Positions 38,161 to 48,918 of a DNA stretch of 64,000 nucleotides are shown here, piece by piece (positions within the stretch are counted from its first letter, which is position 1; the number at the start of each line of letters is the position of its first letter). This DNA is from Bacteroidales bacterium (lineage in GTDB: Bacteria; Bacteroidota; Bacteroidia; Bacteroidales; Paludibacteraceae), in assembly GCA_012518275.1 (NCBI GenBank), contig JAAYSS010000065.1, positions 15,995 through 79,994 of the forward strand, in the 5' to 3' direction. Position numbers and translations under genes: made by a program. Below the pieces are notes generated by a model. It was not told the origin of the DNA. It ran no database searches and saw nothing but the letters and a program-made list of their open reading frames with translations.

Positions 38161-40173
38161 ATGAAAAAATTACTCTTCATAGTACTTGCTATAGGTTTAT
38201 TGGCAAGTTGCAATCAAAGTTCAAAAAAAATTCAAAGTTTCGAAGAATATCCCGTTTATAATGGAGATGATCTTGAGTTAACTTACTCATCACACAATTC
38301 AAAATTTCGTGTTTGGTCACCGACAGCCGATGAAGTGAAATTACTCCTTTTTAATAGCGGTTCCGAAGGTTCTGCATATGAGATGAAGGATATGAGACGT
38401 TCTAAAAACGGAACCTGGGTTGCAAATGTAAAAGGCGATTTAAAAGGAAAATTTTATACTTTTCAAGTAAAAATGGGTGAGCAGTGGCTTGACGAAACAC
38501 CCGGGATGTGGGTAAAAGCTGTTGGAATTAACGGTAAGCGTGCCGCTATTATCGATATGGCTGAGACGAATCCCGAAGGTTGGGAAAATGACAAACACGT
38601 ACTGCCCGAGAACGTAACAGATGCCGTGATTTATGAAGTTCATATGCGAGATTTTTCCATTTCACCGACGTCGGGAATAAAAAACAAAGGAAAATTTTTG
38701 GCATTTACCGAGAAAGGAACTAAAAATACTGCCGGACAAGCTACCGGAATCGATCACCTGAAAGAACTGGGAGTTACACACGTGCATTTGCTCCCATCGT
38801 ATGATTTTGCATCGATTGATGAAGCAAAACTGGATGAAAACAAATACAACTGGGGCTACGACCCACAAAATTACAACGTTCCCGAAGGCAGTTATTCCAC
38901 CGATCCGGAAAATCCGGTGTCGCGCATCAAGGAATTCAAACAAATGGTTCAATCGCTTCATAACGAAGGGATTGGTGTGATTATGGATGTGGTCTATAAT
39001 CATACTTATGTGGGTGAAAACAGTCATCTGAATCTGCTTGTTCCGGGTTATTTTTACCGTTTCAATGCCGACAGTACTTGGTCAAATGCTTCCGGATGTG
39101 GCAATGAGACTGCTTCTGAACGTGCAATGATGCGGAAATTCATCGTTGAAAGTGTGGTTCATTGGGCAAAAGAATATCATGTGGATGGTTTCCGCTTTGA
39201 CTTGATGGGCATTCACGATATCGAAACAATGAATGCCATTCGTGCTGCACTCGACAAAGTGGATCCGAGAATCATCATTTATGGCGAAGGCTGGACTGCT
39301 GCTGCATCCCCACTGGATGAAGAAAAACGAGCTTTGAAGAAAAACGTGAGCCAGTTGAACGGGATTGCTGTTTTTAGTGACGATATTCGGGATGTTCTAA
39401 AAGGAAATTGGACAAATGAATTTCCGGGATTTGTTGCGGGGCGCGACAGCTTGGAAAATGCTGTGAAATTCAGCGTTGCAGCATCCACTGTATTTCCGGA
39501 CGTTACTAACGAACGCCTTGTCCACACCGACAAACCATATGCCACATCGCCCACGCAAATTATTAACTACGTTTCTTGCCATGATGATATGTGTTTGGTG
39601 GACGCCCTTCGGAAGCGTAGGCCCGGTGGAGCAACAGAAGCAGAAATTCAGAAATTCAACAAATTGGCTCAAACCATAGTGTTTACATCGCAGGGTGTTC
39701 CGTTTGTTTTTGCCGGAGAAGAAGTTTACCGTGATAAAAAAGGAGTAAACAACACTTATGAATCACCTGACAGCATCAATCAAATCAACTGGAATAACAA
39801 AACTACCTACAACGATATTTTTACGTATTACCAGGGTTTAATCGCTCTTCGCAAAGCTCATCCGGCTTTCCGAATGACAAGTCTGGAAATGATGAAAAAG
39901 CACCTGAAATTTATCGAACTGGGAGTTCGAAACGTGGTAGCATTTACCCTTTCTGACAATGCTAACGGCGACAGCTGGAAAGAAATTTTGGTAATTTACA
40001 ACGGAAACCGTAGAAATGTAAGCGTGGAACTACCTGAAGGTGAGTGGAGCGTAGTTTGCCACGATGGTAAAATTTCGCCCGCAACGTCCTTATTTACTAT
40101 AAGTGGTCCAAGGTTTATAGTCGGTGCATCCAGTGCAAGTGTGATGTTCGGGAGTGGCGACACGCCTAAATAA
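38161..40173 (+). CDS. pulA: type I pullulanase (GH13), lipoprotein
   Basis: 670 aa. Lipobox LLASC. YNWGYDP signature, GH13 regions DVVYNH, DGFRFDLMG, YGEGW and YVSCHD. Confidence 0.9.
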   Translation: MKKLLFIVLAIGLLASCNQSSKKIQSFEEYPVYNGDDLELTYSSHNSKFRVWSPTADEVKLLLFNSGSEGSAYEMKDMRRSKNGTWVANVKGDLKGKFYTFQVKMGEQWLDETPGMWVKAVGINGKRAAIIDMAETNPEGWENDKHVLPENVTDAVIYEVHMRDFSISPTSGIKNKGKFLAFTEKGTKNTAGQATGIDHLKELGVTHVHLLPSYDFASIDEAKLDENKYNWGYDPQNYNVPEGSYSTDPENPVSRIKEFKQMVQSLHNEGIGVIMDVVYNHTYVGENSHLNLLVPGYFYRFNADSTWSNASGCGNETASERAMMRKFIVESVVHWAKEYHVDGFRFDLMGIHDIETMNAIRAALDKVDPRIIIYGEGWTAAASPLDEEKRALKKNVSQLNGIAVFSDDIRDVLKGNWTNEFPGFVAGRDSLENAVKFSVAASTVFPDVTNERLVHTDKPYATSPTQIINYVSCHDDMCLVDALRKRRPGGATEAEIQKFNKLAQTIVFTSQGVPFVFAGEEVYRDKKGVNNTYESPDSINQINWNNKTTYNDIFTYYQGLIALRKAHPAFRMTSLEMMKKHLKFIELGVRNVVAFTLSDNANGDSWKEILVIYNGNRRNVSVELPEGEWSVVCHDGKISPATSLFTISGPRFIVGASSASVMFGSGDTPK

Positions 40174-40204
40174 TTCGTAATAATTCAAGTAATTAGTATA
40201 TTTT

Positions 40205-42226
40205 ATGGAAGAACAAGAACAAAAGAAACAACCGGTGAAATTACCGGAAAACGCCTATCGAGAGCTAAAAGAAGGTGAAGAATATAAACCTGTGATGCCG
40301 GCAGAAGCATCTGTATTGGAAGTTACGCCTTGGTCTGTAGGCATGGGATTGCTGATGGCAGTGATTTTTTCGGCAGCTGCAGCGTATTCAGGTTTGAAAA
40401 TTGGGCAGGTTTTTGAAGCGGCTATCCCCATTTCAATTATCGCGGTGGGAGCATCGGCTGCTTTTCGTAAAAAAGGTGCGCTGGGACAAAATGTCATTAT
40501 TCAATCCATTGGAGCATCGTCAGGAGTAATCGTGGCGGGAGCCGTGTTCACTATTCCCGGGCTGTACATTTTACAGGCAAAATATCCTGAAATTCAGGTT
40601 AATTTTTGGCAAATTTTCTTTTCATCACTGTTGGGTGGATTTTTAGGAATACTATTTTTAATTCCTTTCCGAAAATACTTCGTGAAAGATATGCACGGCA
40701 AACTGCCGTTTCCGGAAGCGACAGCCACAACTGAAATTTTAATGACCGGTGAAAAAGGTGGAAATCAAGCTAAGTTGCTTGTTTTAAGCGGTTTAATTGG
40801 AGGTTTGTTCGATTTTTGTTTCTCGGCATTCCGTTTATGGAGCGAAGAAATCAACACTCGAATTATCTCTGCCGGAGCGGTTTTGGCTGATAAATTTAAA
40901 ATGGTGCTGAAATTCAATGTCAGTGCGCTTATTTTTAGTTTCGGTTATTTGGTCGGGTTGCGTTTCGCACTGATTATCACAGTAGGATCACTGCTTTCTT
41001 GGCTGGTTTTTGTACCCTTAGTAAATGAAATCGGTGCATTGACAGCGGCAGCAGGCGGCGGCATTAATCCATTTGCGGCAATGAGTGCCGAACAAATTTT
41101 TGCCGCCTATGTACGCCCAATCGGCATCGGTGCTATCGCAATGGCTGGAATTATTGGTATTATCAAATCATCAGGAGTTATCGGGAGTGCATTTAAACTT
41201 GCCGTAGGCGGAAAAGGGAAAGGGCAATCTGAAGAAGCAACAACAGAACGTACGCAGAAAGACTTAAAAATGTCGTTCGTGATGCTATTTTTGTTTTTAA
41301 CATTGGTTGCCGTGTTTATTTTCCTGATAATCGGTGTAAAAGTTACTTTGCTTCAGGCCATTGTAGCTCTTTTGACAATAACAATTATTTCATTCCTGTT
41401 TACTACCGTTGCCGCTAACGCCATTGCCATTGTTGGTTCCAATCCGGTTTCGGGAATGACACTGATGACGTTGATTTTATCGTCCGTAATTTTAGTTTCG
41501 GTTGGTTTAAGCGGCTGGCAAGGAATGGTAAGCGGGTTAATTATCGGCGGAATTGTTTGCACGGCATTGTCCATGGCAGGTGGTTTTGTTACCGACTTGA
41601 AAGTAGGATATTGGCTCGGAACAACGCCTATAAAGCAAGAAACGTTTAAATTCTTAGGTACGTTGGTTTCAGCAGCCACGGTTGGTGCTGTGATTTTTAT
41701 TTTGAACGAAGCTTACGGTTTTGTGGCAACAGAAACACATCCAAACCCGATGATTGCACCGCAAGCCAATGCTATGGCAGCCATTATTGAGCCTTTGATG
41801 TCCGGTCAGGGCGCACAATGGATGTTGCTCAGCATCGGCGCCGTGATTGCTATTTTGGTAAATTGGTTGGGTGTTTCGCCGCTTGCCTTTGCACTTGGAA
41901 TGTTTATTCCATTACAACTGAACACGCCGCTTGTAGTGGGTGGATTGTTGAACCATTGGTTTAATAAAAGCAGCAAAAATGCGAAACTTAACAACGCTCG
42001 TCACCAGCGAGCCATTCTTATTGCTTCCGGATTTATTGCCGGTGCGGCACTGTTCGGCGTAATCGGTGCTTTGATTATATTTATTACCGGAAAAAGCGAT
42101 GTGTTGGATTTGAAAGTTTGGAGTGACCCGAGCGGAACAGGAGCTCAAGTAATGGCTATTATTGCTTTCTTGTCGTTGATTGGTTTCTTTATTTGGGAGT
42201 CATTTAAGGCAAAGGAAACGGATTAA
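40205..42226 (+). CDS. OPT-family oligopeptide transporter
   Basis: 673 aa with about 15 hydrophobic helices. The length and Gly-rich TM pattern are typical of bacterial OPT proteins. Confidence 0.75.
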   Translation: MEEQEQKKQPVKLPENAYRELKEGEEYKPVMPAEASVLEVTPWSVGMGLLMAVIFSAAAAYSGLKIGQVFEAAIPISIIAVGASAAFRKKGALGQNVIIQSIGASSGVIVAGAVFTIPGLYILQAKYPEIQVNFWQIFFSSLLGGFLGILFLIPFRKYFVKDMHGKLPFPEATATTEILMTGEKGGNQAKLLVLSGLIGGLFDFCFSAFRLWSEEINTRIISAGAVLADKFKMVLKFNVSALIFSFGYLVGLRFALIITVGSLLSWLVFVPLVNEIGALTAAAGGGINPFAAMSAEQIFAAYVRPIGIGAIAMAGIIGIIKSSGVIGSAFKLAVGGKGKGQSEEATTERTQKDLKMSFVMLFLFLTLVAVFIFLIIGVKVTLLQAIVALLTITIISFLFTTVAANAIAIVGSNPVSGMTLMTLILSSVILVSVGLSGWQGMVSGLIIGGIVCTALSMAGGFVTDLKVGYWLGTTPIKQETFKFLGTLVSAATVGAVIFILNEAYGFVATETHPNPMIAPQANAMAAIIEPLMSGQGAQWMLLSIGAVIAILVNWLGVSPLAFALGMFIPLQLNTPLVVGGLLNHWFNKSSKNAKLNNARHQRAILIASGFIAGAALFGVIGALIIFITGKSDVLDLKVWSDPSGTGAQVMAIIAFLSLIGFFIWESFKAKETD

Positions 42227-42265
42227 TCCAATTTTATTTCCCCATAAAGAACGGAAGAATGATAA

Positions 42266-42301
42266 AAAATCTTCATTAAAAGACTCAGTGAAGATTTTTT
42301 G
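42266..42301 (+). terminator. rho-independent terminator after the OPT transporter gene
   Basis: AATCTTCA-loop-TGAAGATT followed by TTTTT. Confidence 0.65.
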
Positions 42302-42374
42302 GTAATTTTTATCACTTTTGATTTTGTGTTGAAAACTATCCTTGCTAAAACTTTTAAACCATTAAATAATTTTC

Positions 42375-42382
42375 TATTTTTG
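42375..42382 (+). promoter_or_regulatory. -7 promoter motif upstream of the GT4 gene
   Basis: TATTTTTG, 24 nt before the ATG. Confidence 0.4.
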
Positions 42383-42406
42383 TATTATAAGAAATAAAAA
42401 TTTACG

Positions 42407-43525
42407 ATGAAAATAATTATCATCGGTACGGCATATCCTTATCGCGGAGGATTGGCGGCGTTTAATGAACGTCTTGCAAATGAATATGTTATACAAGGAC
42501 ATGATGTGGAGGTTTATACTTTCACATTGCAGTATCCGTCTTTTCTTTTCCCTGGGAAAACGCAATACACAGACGAGAAGCCTAAACATAAACTTAAAAT
42601 TTATCGCAAAATAAATTCGATAAACCCCTTCAATTGGATAAGATTAGGTAAAGAAATTGACGCCAAGAAAGCCGATAAGGTGATTTTTTGCTATTGGATG
42701 GCATTCTTTGCACCGTGCTTTGGGACGATTGCAAGACAGTGTAAGTCGGAATCCACCAAACGTATAGCCTTGGTCCATAATATGATACCGCACGAGCCGA
42801 CTATTTTAGATAGATTGTTCCCGAGGTATTTTGTCAATGCAATGGATGGATTTATGGCAATGACAAATTCTGTTGTGGATGATATTAATCGATTTGACAA
42901 GAGAAATAAGCCGAAATTAATTTCGCCACACCCGGTTTACGATCACTACGGTGCACCGATGAAACGGGAAGATGCTCTGCAAAAACTTGATTTAGACCCA
43001 AATTTCCGCTATATTCTTTTTTTTGGATTTATACGGAAGTACAAAGGGTTGGATTTGCTTTTGAAGGCATTTACCGACGTAAGGCTTCGTCAATATCCTG
43101 TAAAACTGATTATTGCAGGAGAATTTTATGAAGCCAAACAGCCTTATTTAGAAATTATTCATAAACATGCTTTGGAAGAGAGCGTTATTCTCCATTCCGA
43201 ATTTATTCCTGATGAGCGTGTACAATATTATTTCAACTCAGCGGATATTGTGGCACAAACCTATCACTCAGCTACACAGAGTGGAGTTTCTCAGATTGCA
43301 TACAACTTTGAGAAACCGATGCTCGTAACCAATGTGGGCGGATTGAGCGAAACTATTCCCCACGGGAAAGTAGGCTACGTGGTCAGCCCAAATGTAAATG
43401 ATATAGCGGAAGCGTTGATTGATTTTTTTGAAAACAACCGTACTGAACAATTTTCCGAAAATGTACGTTTAGAAAAGAGGAAGTATGAGTGGAGTAGAAT
43501 GGTAGAGGCATTGGATAGAGTATAA
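42407..43525 (+). CDS. GT-B fold glycosyltransferase (family 4-like)
   Basis: 372 aa. The C-terminal half carries the GT4-type nucleotide-sugar binding pattern (FFGFIRKYKG, AGEF, SATQSGV, NVGGLSETI). Confidence 0.7.
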   Translation: MKIIIIGTAYPYRGGLAAFNERLANEYVIQGHDVEVYTFTLQYPSFLFPGKTQYTDEKPKHKLKIYRKINSINPFNWIRLGKEIDAKKADKVIFCYWMAFFAPCFGTIARQCKSESTKRIALVHNMIPHEPTILDRLFPRYFVNAMDGFMAMTNSVVDDINRFDKRNKPKLISPHPVYDHYGAPMKREDALQKLDLDPNFRYILFFGFIRKYKGLDLLLKAFTDVRLRQYPVKLIIAGEFYEAKQPYLEIIHKHALEESVILHSEFIPDERVQYYFNSADIVAQTYHSATQSGVSQIAYNFEKPMLVTNVGGLSETIPHGKVGYVVSPNVNDIAEALIDFFENNRTEQFSENVRLEKRKYEWSRMVEALDRV

Positions 43526-43576
43526 GCTTTTTGTTAAATGGATTTTGAATAAAACGGAGCTTATTTGATTAATTGC

Positions 43577-43584
43577 TACATTTG
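43577..43584 (+). promoter_or_regulatory. -7 promoter motif upstream of mutS
   Basis: TACATTTG, 81 nt before the ATG. Confidence 0.4.
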
Positions 43585-43665
43585 TGCAACTTATCTTCTG
43601 TTTTCATATTATTTAATTTTCCCAGTACACTTTAGTTATCCTTGTACTTGTTACTATAAAAACTT

Positions 43666-46275
43666 ATGGCTAAAACTGTTGATACTCCGATGATGAGGCA
43701 ATTCAATGAAATCAAGACCAAATATCCAGATGCGGTTTTGTTATTTCGTTGTGGCGATTTTTATGAAACTTTTTCCGATGATGCCATCAAAGCATCCGAA
43801 ATTTTAGGCATTACATTGACCCGAAGAGCCAACGGGAAAGCTTCGTCTGTTGAGCTTGCCGGATTTCCGCATCATGCGTTAGACACCTATCTTCCCAAAT
43901 TGGTACGTGCCGGATGTCGTGTAGCCATTTGTGACCAACTGGAAGATCCTAAAAAAACCAAAAAACTCGTTAAGCGTGGTGTTACAGAGTTGGTTACACC
44001 TGGAGTTTCGTACAGCGATACCACTTTGACACAAAAAGAAAACACTTTTTTGGCAAGTGTTTACATAAATAAAAGCCAAGCCGGAGTTTCATTTTTAGAT
44101 ATTTCCACAGGAGAATTTTTGGTGGCGGAAGGAGCGATTGATTATGTGGATAAGCTGTTAAGCAGCATTTCACCCAAGGAAATTATTTTTGATCGGACGA
44201 AGAAAAAAGAATTTGAAAATCATTTCGGGACAAAATACTACACCTATGCTCTTGAAGATTGGACATTCGTCCCGGACACTGCTCAGGAAAGGCTTTTGAA
44301 GCATTTTGAAACGAAAAGTTTGAAAGGTTTTGGCGTGCAAAATTTGACAAACGGGATAGTGGCAGCCGGAGCAATTCTGCACTATTTGGATTTAACACAC
44401 CATTCACAAATCGGGCATATCACACAGCTTACGCGCATCGAAGAGGAGCATTACGTTTGGCTTGACCGTTTTACGGTAAGAAATTTGGAGCTTTATAGAC
44501 CGATAAACGAAGGCGGGAAAACCCTTGTGGATGTGATAGATAAAACCATTAGCCCGATGGGAGGACGCTTGCTGAAACGGTGGGTTGCATTTCCGCTGAA
44601 AGACGTGAAACCTATTGTGGACCGCCATTCCGTGGTAGAATATTTCTTCAAAGACAAAGAACTTCGGGAGTTGCTTGAACAACAAATTTCGCTTATGGGC
44701 GATTTGGAACGAATTATTTCCAAGGTGGCGGTCGGGCGCATCAATCCGCGGGAAATGGTGCAGTTAAAAGTGGCGTTGCAGGCGCTTGAACCCATCAAAG
44801 AAAGTTGCGCAAATGTTGATAACGAGAGCCTAAAAAAAATTGCGGAACAGCTTAATCCTTGCAAGCTTATTTCAGATAAAATAAAGAGAGAAATCCAAAA
44901 TGACCCGCCTGTGTTGTTGAATAAAGGCGATGTCATCCGTTCCGGTGTAGATGATGAACTGGATGAGTTGAGGAGTTTGGCTCGTTCCGGGAAAAAATAC
45001 CTGCTCGAAATTCAACAACGAGAAAGCGAAAAAACAGGCATTCCTTCGTTGAAAATTGCTTTTAACAATGTATTCGGCTATTACATCGAAGTGCGAAACA
45101 CACACAAGAACAAAGTACCTGAATCGTGGATACGTAAGCAAACGCTTGTAAGCGCAGAACGGTATGTTACGCAGGAACTAAAAGAGTACGAGGAAAAAAT
45201 TCTGAGTGCGGAAGAGAAAATTCAAATTATCGAAACACGCATTTTTAATGAACTGATTTTGAGTTTACTGGATTATGTCTCGGCTGTTCAACTAAATTCA
45301 AACTTAGTGGCGCAACTGGACTGCTTGCTCTCATTTTATCGAGTTGCCAATGAGAATAAATACGTTCGCCCCGAAATAAATGAAAGTTATGAGCTGAACA
45401 TCAAGCAGGGGCGTCATCCGGTTATTGAAAAGCAGATGCCGATTGGTGAAACCTACGTGGCGAACGATGTTTTTCTGGACAATGAATCGCAGCAAATCAT
45501 CATTGTAACGGGTCCGAATATGTCAGGTAAGTCGGCGTTGCTTCGTCAAACAGCACTTATCACGCTGATGGCTCAAATTGGTAGTTTCGTGCCGGCTGAA
45601 AGTGCTAAAATCGGCGTGGTGGACAAGATTTTTACCCGCGTGGGTGCAAGTGACAATATCTCGTTGGGTGAAAGTACCTTTATGGTGGAAATGAACGAGG
45701 CTGCAAGCATCTTGAACAACCTTTCCAACCGTAGTTTAGTGCTTTTTGACGAGCTTGGGCGCGGGACGAGCACTTACGATGGGATTTCCATTGCTTGGGC
45801 TATTGTGGAATACATTCACGAACACCCGACAGCAAAAGCGAAAACGCTTTTTGCTACGCACTACCACGAGCTGAATGAGATGGAAAATTCGTTCAGCCGA
45901 ATCAGAAATTACAACGTTTCGGTAAAAGAAATTGACAAGAAAATCATCTTTCTTCGCAAATTGGAGCGGGGTGGAAGTGAACACAGCTTCGGTATTCATG
46001 TAGCAAAAATGGCTGGGATGCCACAAAGCATCGTGAAGCGCTCGGAGAAAATCCTTGAACAGCTTGAAAATGACAACCGCCAAACCGGAATAGCCAAACC
46101 TGTCGGCGAAATTGCTTCGCAACGCGAAGGGTATCAACTCAGTTTTTTCCAACTGGACGACCCTGTTTTGGAACAAGTCCGCGATGAAATCAAAGGACTG
46201 GACGTGAATAACTTGACGCCGATTGACGCACTGAATAAATTGAATGAAATAAAGCGGATTATTACTGGGAAATAA
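43666..46275 (+). CDS. mutS: DNA mismatch repair protein MutS
   Basis: 869 aa. N-terminal TPMMRQF..GDFYE mismatch-binding motif, Walker [17 protein letters not shown] and FATHYHEL. Confidence 0.96.
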   Translation: MAKTVDTPMMRQFNEIKTKYPDAVLLFRCGDFYETFSDDAIKASEILGITLTRRANGKASSVELAGFPHHALDTYLPKLVRAGCRVAICDQLEDPKKTKKLVKRGVTELVTPGVSYSDTTLTQKENTFLASVYINKSQAGVSFLDISTGEFLVAEGAIDYVDKLLSSISPKEIIFDRTKKKEFENHFGTKYYTYALEDWTFVPDTAQERLLKHFETKSLKGFGVQNLTNGIVAAGAILHYLDLTHHSQIGHITQLTRIEEEHYVWLDRFTVRNLELYRPINEGGKTLVDVIDKTISPMGGRLLKRWVAFPLKDVKPIVDRHSVVEYFFKDKELRELLEQQISLMGDLERIISKVAVGRINPREMVQLKVALQALEPIKESCANVDNESLKKIAEQLNPCKLISDKIKREIQNDPPVLLNKGDVIRSGVDDELDELRSLARSGKKYLLEIQQRESEKTGIPSLKIAFNNVFGYYIEVRNTHKNKVPESWIRKQTLVSAERYVTQELKEYEEKILSAEEKIQIIETRIFNELILSLLDYVSAVQLNSNLVAQLDCLLSFYRVANENKYVRPEINESYELNIKQGRHPVIEKQMPIGETYVANDVFLDNESQQIIIVTGPNMSGKSALLRQTALITLMAQIGSFVPAESAKIGVVDKIFTRVGASDNISLGESTFMVEMNEAASILNNLSNRSLVLFDELGRGTSTYDGISIAWAIVEYIHEHPTAKAKTLFATHYHELNEMENSFSRIRNYNVSVKEIDKKIIFLRKLERGGSEHSFGIHVAKMAGMPQSIVKRSEKILEQLENDNRQTGIAKPVGEIASQREGYQLSFFQLDDPVLEQVRDEIKGLDVNNLTPIDALNKLNEIKRIITGK

Positions 46276-46317
46276 TTTTTGCCTGTTTTATATCGGATAG
46301 AAATACTACCAAATAGA

Positions 46318-46354
46318 AAGTGGATATCTTACGTTGAGGTATCCACTTTTTTTT
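46318..46354 (+). terminator. rho-independent terminator after mutS
   Basis: AAGTGGATA-loop-TATCCACTT followed by T8. Confidence 0.8.
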
Positions 46355-46360
46355 ATAATT

Positions 46361-46400
46361 TAAAATACATATTATTGATATAAAAATACATAATATTGAG
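46361..46400 (+). repeat. tandem ~20-bp AT-rich direct repeat upstream of the DUF2089 gene
   Basis: TAAAATACATATTATTGATA followed by TAAAAATACATAATATTGAG, 75-115 nt upstream of the ATG at 46475. Confidence 0.45.
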
Positions 46401-46474
46401 TTTTATTTTGATATTATTAAAATATGAATTATGTTTGTGACAAATTTATAATATTAAATTAAAAAAATAAAGTC

Positions 46475-46744
46475 ATGTTACCAACATCTTGTCCGAGCTG
46501 TCAATCTCAGCTCAAAGTAGTCTCATTAAAATGTGAGAATTGCCGAACTGAAGTTACCGGACTGTATGATATGCCGTTGCTGCTTCGCCTTTCCGATGAC
46601 GAAATTCAGTTTATACTCCGTTTTGTGAAAAATAGCGGCAGCCTGAAAGATATGTCAGCCGAACTTAAACTCAGTTACCCTACTGTGCGGAATATGCTAA
46701 ATGAAGTTATTCAAAAAATTAAAGATTACGAAAATGAAAAATAA
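46475..46744 (+). CDS. DUF2089-type zinc-ribbon plus HTH protein
   Basis: 89 aa. CPSC...CENC zinc ribbon followed by SGSLKDMSAELKLSYPTVRNML HTH. Confidence 0.7.
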   Translation: MLPTSCPSCQSQLKVVSLKCENCRTEVTGLYDMPLLLRLSDDEIQFILRFVKNSGSLKDMSAELKLSYPTVRNMLNEVIQKIKDYENEK

Positions 46745-47297
46745 AAGCTTAATTTGGAATCCCTTTACACGCATTGCCGGCTGGCAAGCTTTCGGGATAG
46801 GAATTGTCATTGTTGTTGTGTCGGCAGTAATTGCAGGTTTTGGAAATTTGCTTTTTGACGGCGCTATTGACGCACACTTTGGCGACGACGTGGGAGTGGT
46901 TAAGTCGCTTGTAGTAAATGGAATAAGTTTGATTTCGGTGGTGCTTGTGATGTACATAACCGGATTAATCATTTCCCGCGATTTTAGATTTGTAGATATA
47001 CTCGGCACAATGACATTAGCTCGTGCGCCGCTTCTTATTTTAGCTCTAATAGCGCTCTTTGTTTCATCTCCGAGCGAAGCGAAAGTCCTTGAAAATCCAA
47101 TGATTGTCCTTAATTATCCTTCGCTGATAATTTTCGGGCTGATTTCAATCCCGATTATTGTTTGGTTCGTTGCGTTGATGTATAATGGATTAAAAGTATC
47201 AACGGGTGCGAAAGGTAAAAAATTGGTTATCGGTTTTATCGGCGGACTTCTTTTTGCCGAAATTATTTCTAAAATGCTTATTCACCTTATTCTGTAA
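46734..47297 (+). CDS. Yip1-like polytopic membrane protein
   Basis: 187 aa from the ATG at 46734, which overlaps the DUF2089 gene by 11 nt. Five hydrophobic helices. Confidence 0.55.
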   Translation: MKNKSLIWNPFTRIAGWQAFGIGIVIVVVSAVIAGFGNLLFDGAIDAHFGDDVGVVKSLVVNGISLISVVLVMYITGLIISRDFRFVDILGTMTLARAPLLILALIALFVSSPSEAKVLENPMIVLNYPSLIIFGLISIPIIVWFVALMYNGLKVSTGAKGKKLVIGFIGGLLFAEIISKMLIHLIL

Positions 47298-47301
47298 AAT
47301 T

Positions 47302-48696
47302 ATGAAACGTACAATTTTTTTGTTTTTTATTCTTGTGTTTTCGTTTTCGGCATTTTCGCAGGACATCACGGGGCAATGGAACGGCACTCTCAATGTTATG
47401 GGTTCTGATTTGCCGGTGGTTTTTAATATTGAAAAAACGGACAATGGCTATACATCCACGATGGACAGCCCCGATCAGGGAGTCAAAGGTATTCCGTGTG
47501 ATGAAATCTCTTTCTTAGATAACACGCTGAAAATAAAGATTAAATCTATACGCGCAAGTTATGAAGGAACGTTAAAAAACGATAGCATTGTCGGTATATT
47601 TAAGCAGATGATGATAAAAAAACCCCTTACTTTGAGTCGGGAAGAGGTGGAGAAGGTAGAAATGAAACGTCCACAAGAGCCTAAACCGCCTTTTCCGTAC
47701 TATTCTGAGGAGGTGAAATTTGTGAATAAAAGAGATGGAAACACCCTTGCCGGAACACTAACTTTACCGAGAAAAAAAGGGAAATTTCCTGTTGTTGTGC
47801 TGATTTCGGGGAGTGGTCCGCAGAACCGTGATGAGGAGTTACTGGGGCACAAACCGTTTCTTGTTATTGCCGATTTCTTGACCCGAAACGGCTTTGGTGT
47901 GCTTCGTTATGACGACCGTGGAACAGCACAATCCACCGGTGATTTCAGCAAAGCAACTACACTTGATTTATCCTACGATGCCGAGAGTGCCGTGGAATTT
48001 CTGCTGGGCAGAAAAGATGTGAGCCATAAGAAAATTGGGTTGATAGGACACAGTGAAGGCGGAATGATTGCACCAATAGTAGCGTCGAGAAATCAAAACG
48101 TGGCATACATCGTGCTACTTGCCGGACCGGGTGTGCGTGGCGACAAACTGCTTTTGATGCAACAGCGAGCGGTCGCCGTGGCTTCGGGAGCGCCTGAATC
48201 GGCTGTTTCGGCAAATGAAAAACTGAACGCGCCACTGTTTGAATGCATTATCAACGCTATCGATACAGTTAATCTGAGAGCTGATTTAATCAAGCTATTG
48301 GAAAAAGGTGTGAACGAAAATCAGGAATTGAAATCGCAACTTTCAGACGAGCAACGGAGCGAGATGGTGAAAATGACGGTCAGTCAATTGACTTCGCCGT
48401 GGATGATTAATTTCATCAAGTACGATCCTTATCCAACGCTGAAAAAAGTGAAATGTCCGACATTGGCGCTGAACGGCTCGAAAGACTTACAAGTGCCTGC
48501 AAGTAAAAATCTTTCCGAGATTAAAAGAGCGTTCAAAGAGAGTGGAAATGACAAATTGACTGCCATTGAATTACCGAATTTGAATCACTTGTTTCAAGAA
48601 ACAACAACCGGACTTCCAACCGAATATGGCGAGATAGAGCAAACTTTTTCGCCAAAAGCATTGAATGAGATTTTAATATGGTTGAAGAAAAGATAG
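47302..48696 (+). CDS. secreted alpha/beta-hydrolase
   Basis: ATG at 47302, followed by a signal peptide (FSFSAFSQ). N-terminal beta-rich domain, then a hydrolase fold with nucleophile elbow GHSEGG. Confidence 0.75.
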   Translation: MKRTIFLFFILVFSFSAFSQDITGQWNGTLNVMGSDLPVVFNIEKTDNGYTSTMDSPDQGVKGIPCDEISFLDNTLKIKIKSIRASYEGTLKNDSIVGIFKQMMIKKPLTLSREEVEKVEMKRPQEPKPPFPYYSEEVKFVNKRDGNTLAGTLTLPRKKGKFPVVVLISGSGPQNRDEELLGHKPFLVIADFLTRNGFGVLRYDDRGTAQSTGDFSKATTLDLSYDAESAVEFLLGRKDVSHKKIGLIGHSEGGMIAPIVASRNQNVAYIVLLAGPGVRGDKLLLMQQRAVAVASGAPESAVSANEKLNAPLFECIINAIDTVNLRADLIKLLEKGVNENQELKSQLSDEQRSEMVKMTVSQLTSPWMINFIKYDPYPTLKKVKCPTLALNGSKDLQVPASKNLSEIKRAFKESGNDKLTAIELPNLNHLFQETTTGLPTEYGEIEQTFSPKALNEILIWLKKR

Positions 48697-48872
48697 GTTT
48701 CAGACGATGTTTATTATAACTAGTAAAAAATAAATTTACAAATCGTAAAGAGAAATATGTTTTCGTAAGACAATTATATTCAAATTGAGTAAATAAAACG
48801 GCATAAATATGCAAAAACTGCAATAATATTATAATTCTTCTCATTTTATTACTTTTTCCTGAAAAAATTCAG

Positions 48873-48880
48873 TAATTTTG
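48873..48880 (+). promoter_or_regulatory. -7 promoter motif upstream of serC
   Basis: TAATTTTG, 38 nt before the ATG. Confidence 0.45.
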
Positions 48881-48918
48881 CAACGAAATTTGAAAATCAA
48901 TTCAAAAATTTAAGTTGT

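Noticed and set aside
47206-47301. N-terminal extensions in the ORF track: 47206, 46701, 49970, 32134, 32975, 31495, 27350 and 24306 on the plus strand; 23078, 27207 and 63072 on the minus strand.
   Set aside because: Downstream ATGs give canonical signal peptides, lipoboxes or family-typical N-termini. They also avoid overlap with the upstream gene or its terminator. Several of the extensions begin at TTG or GTG.
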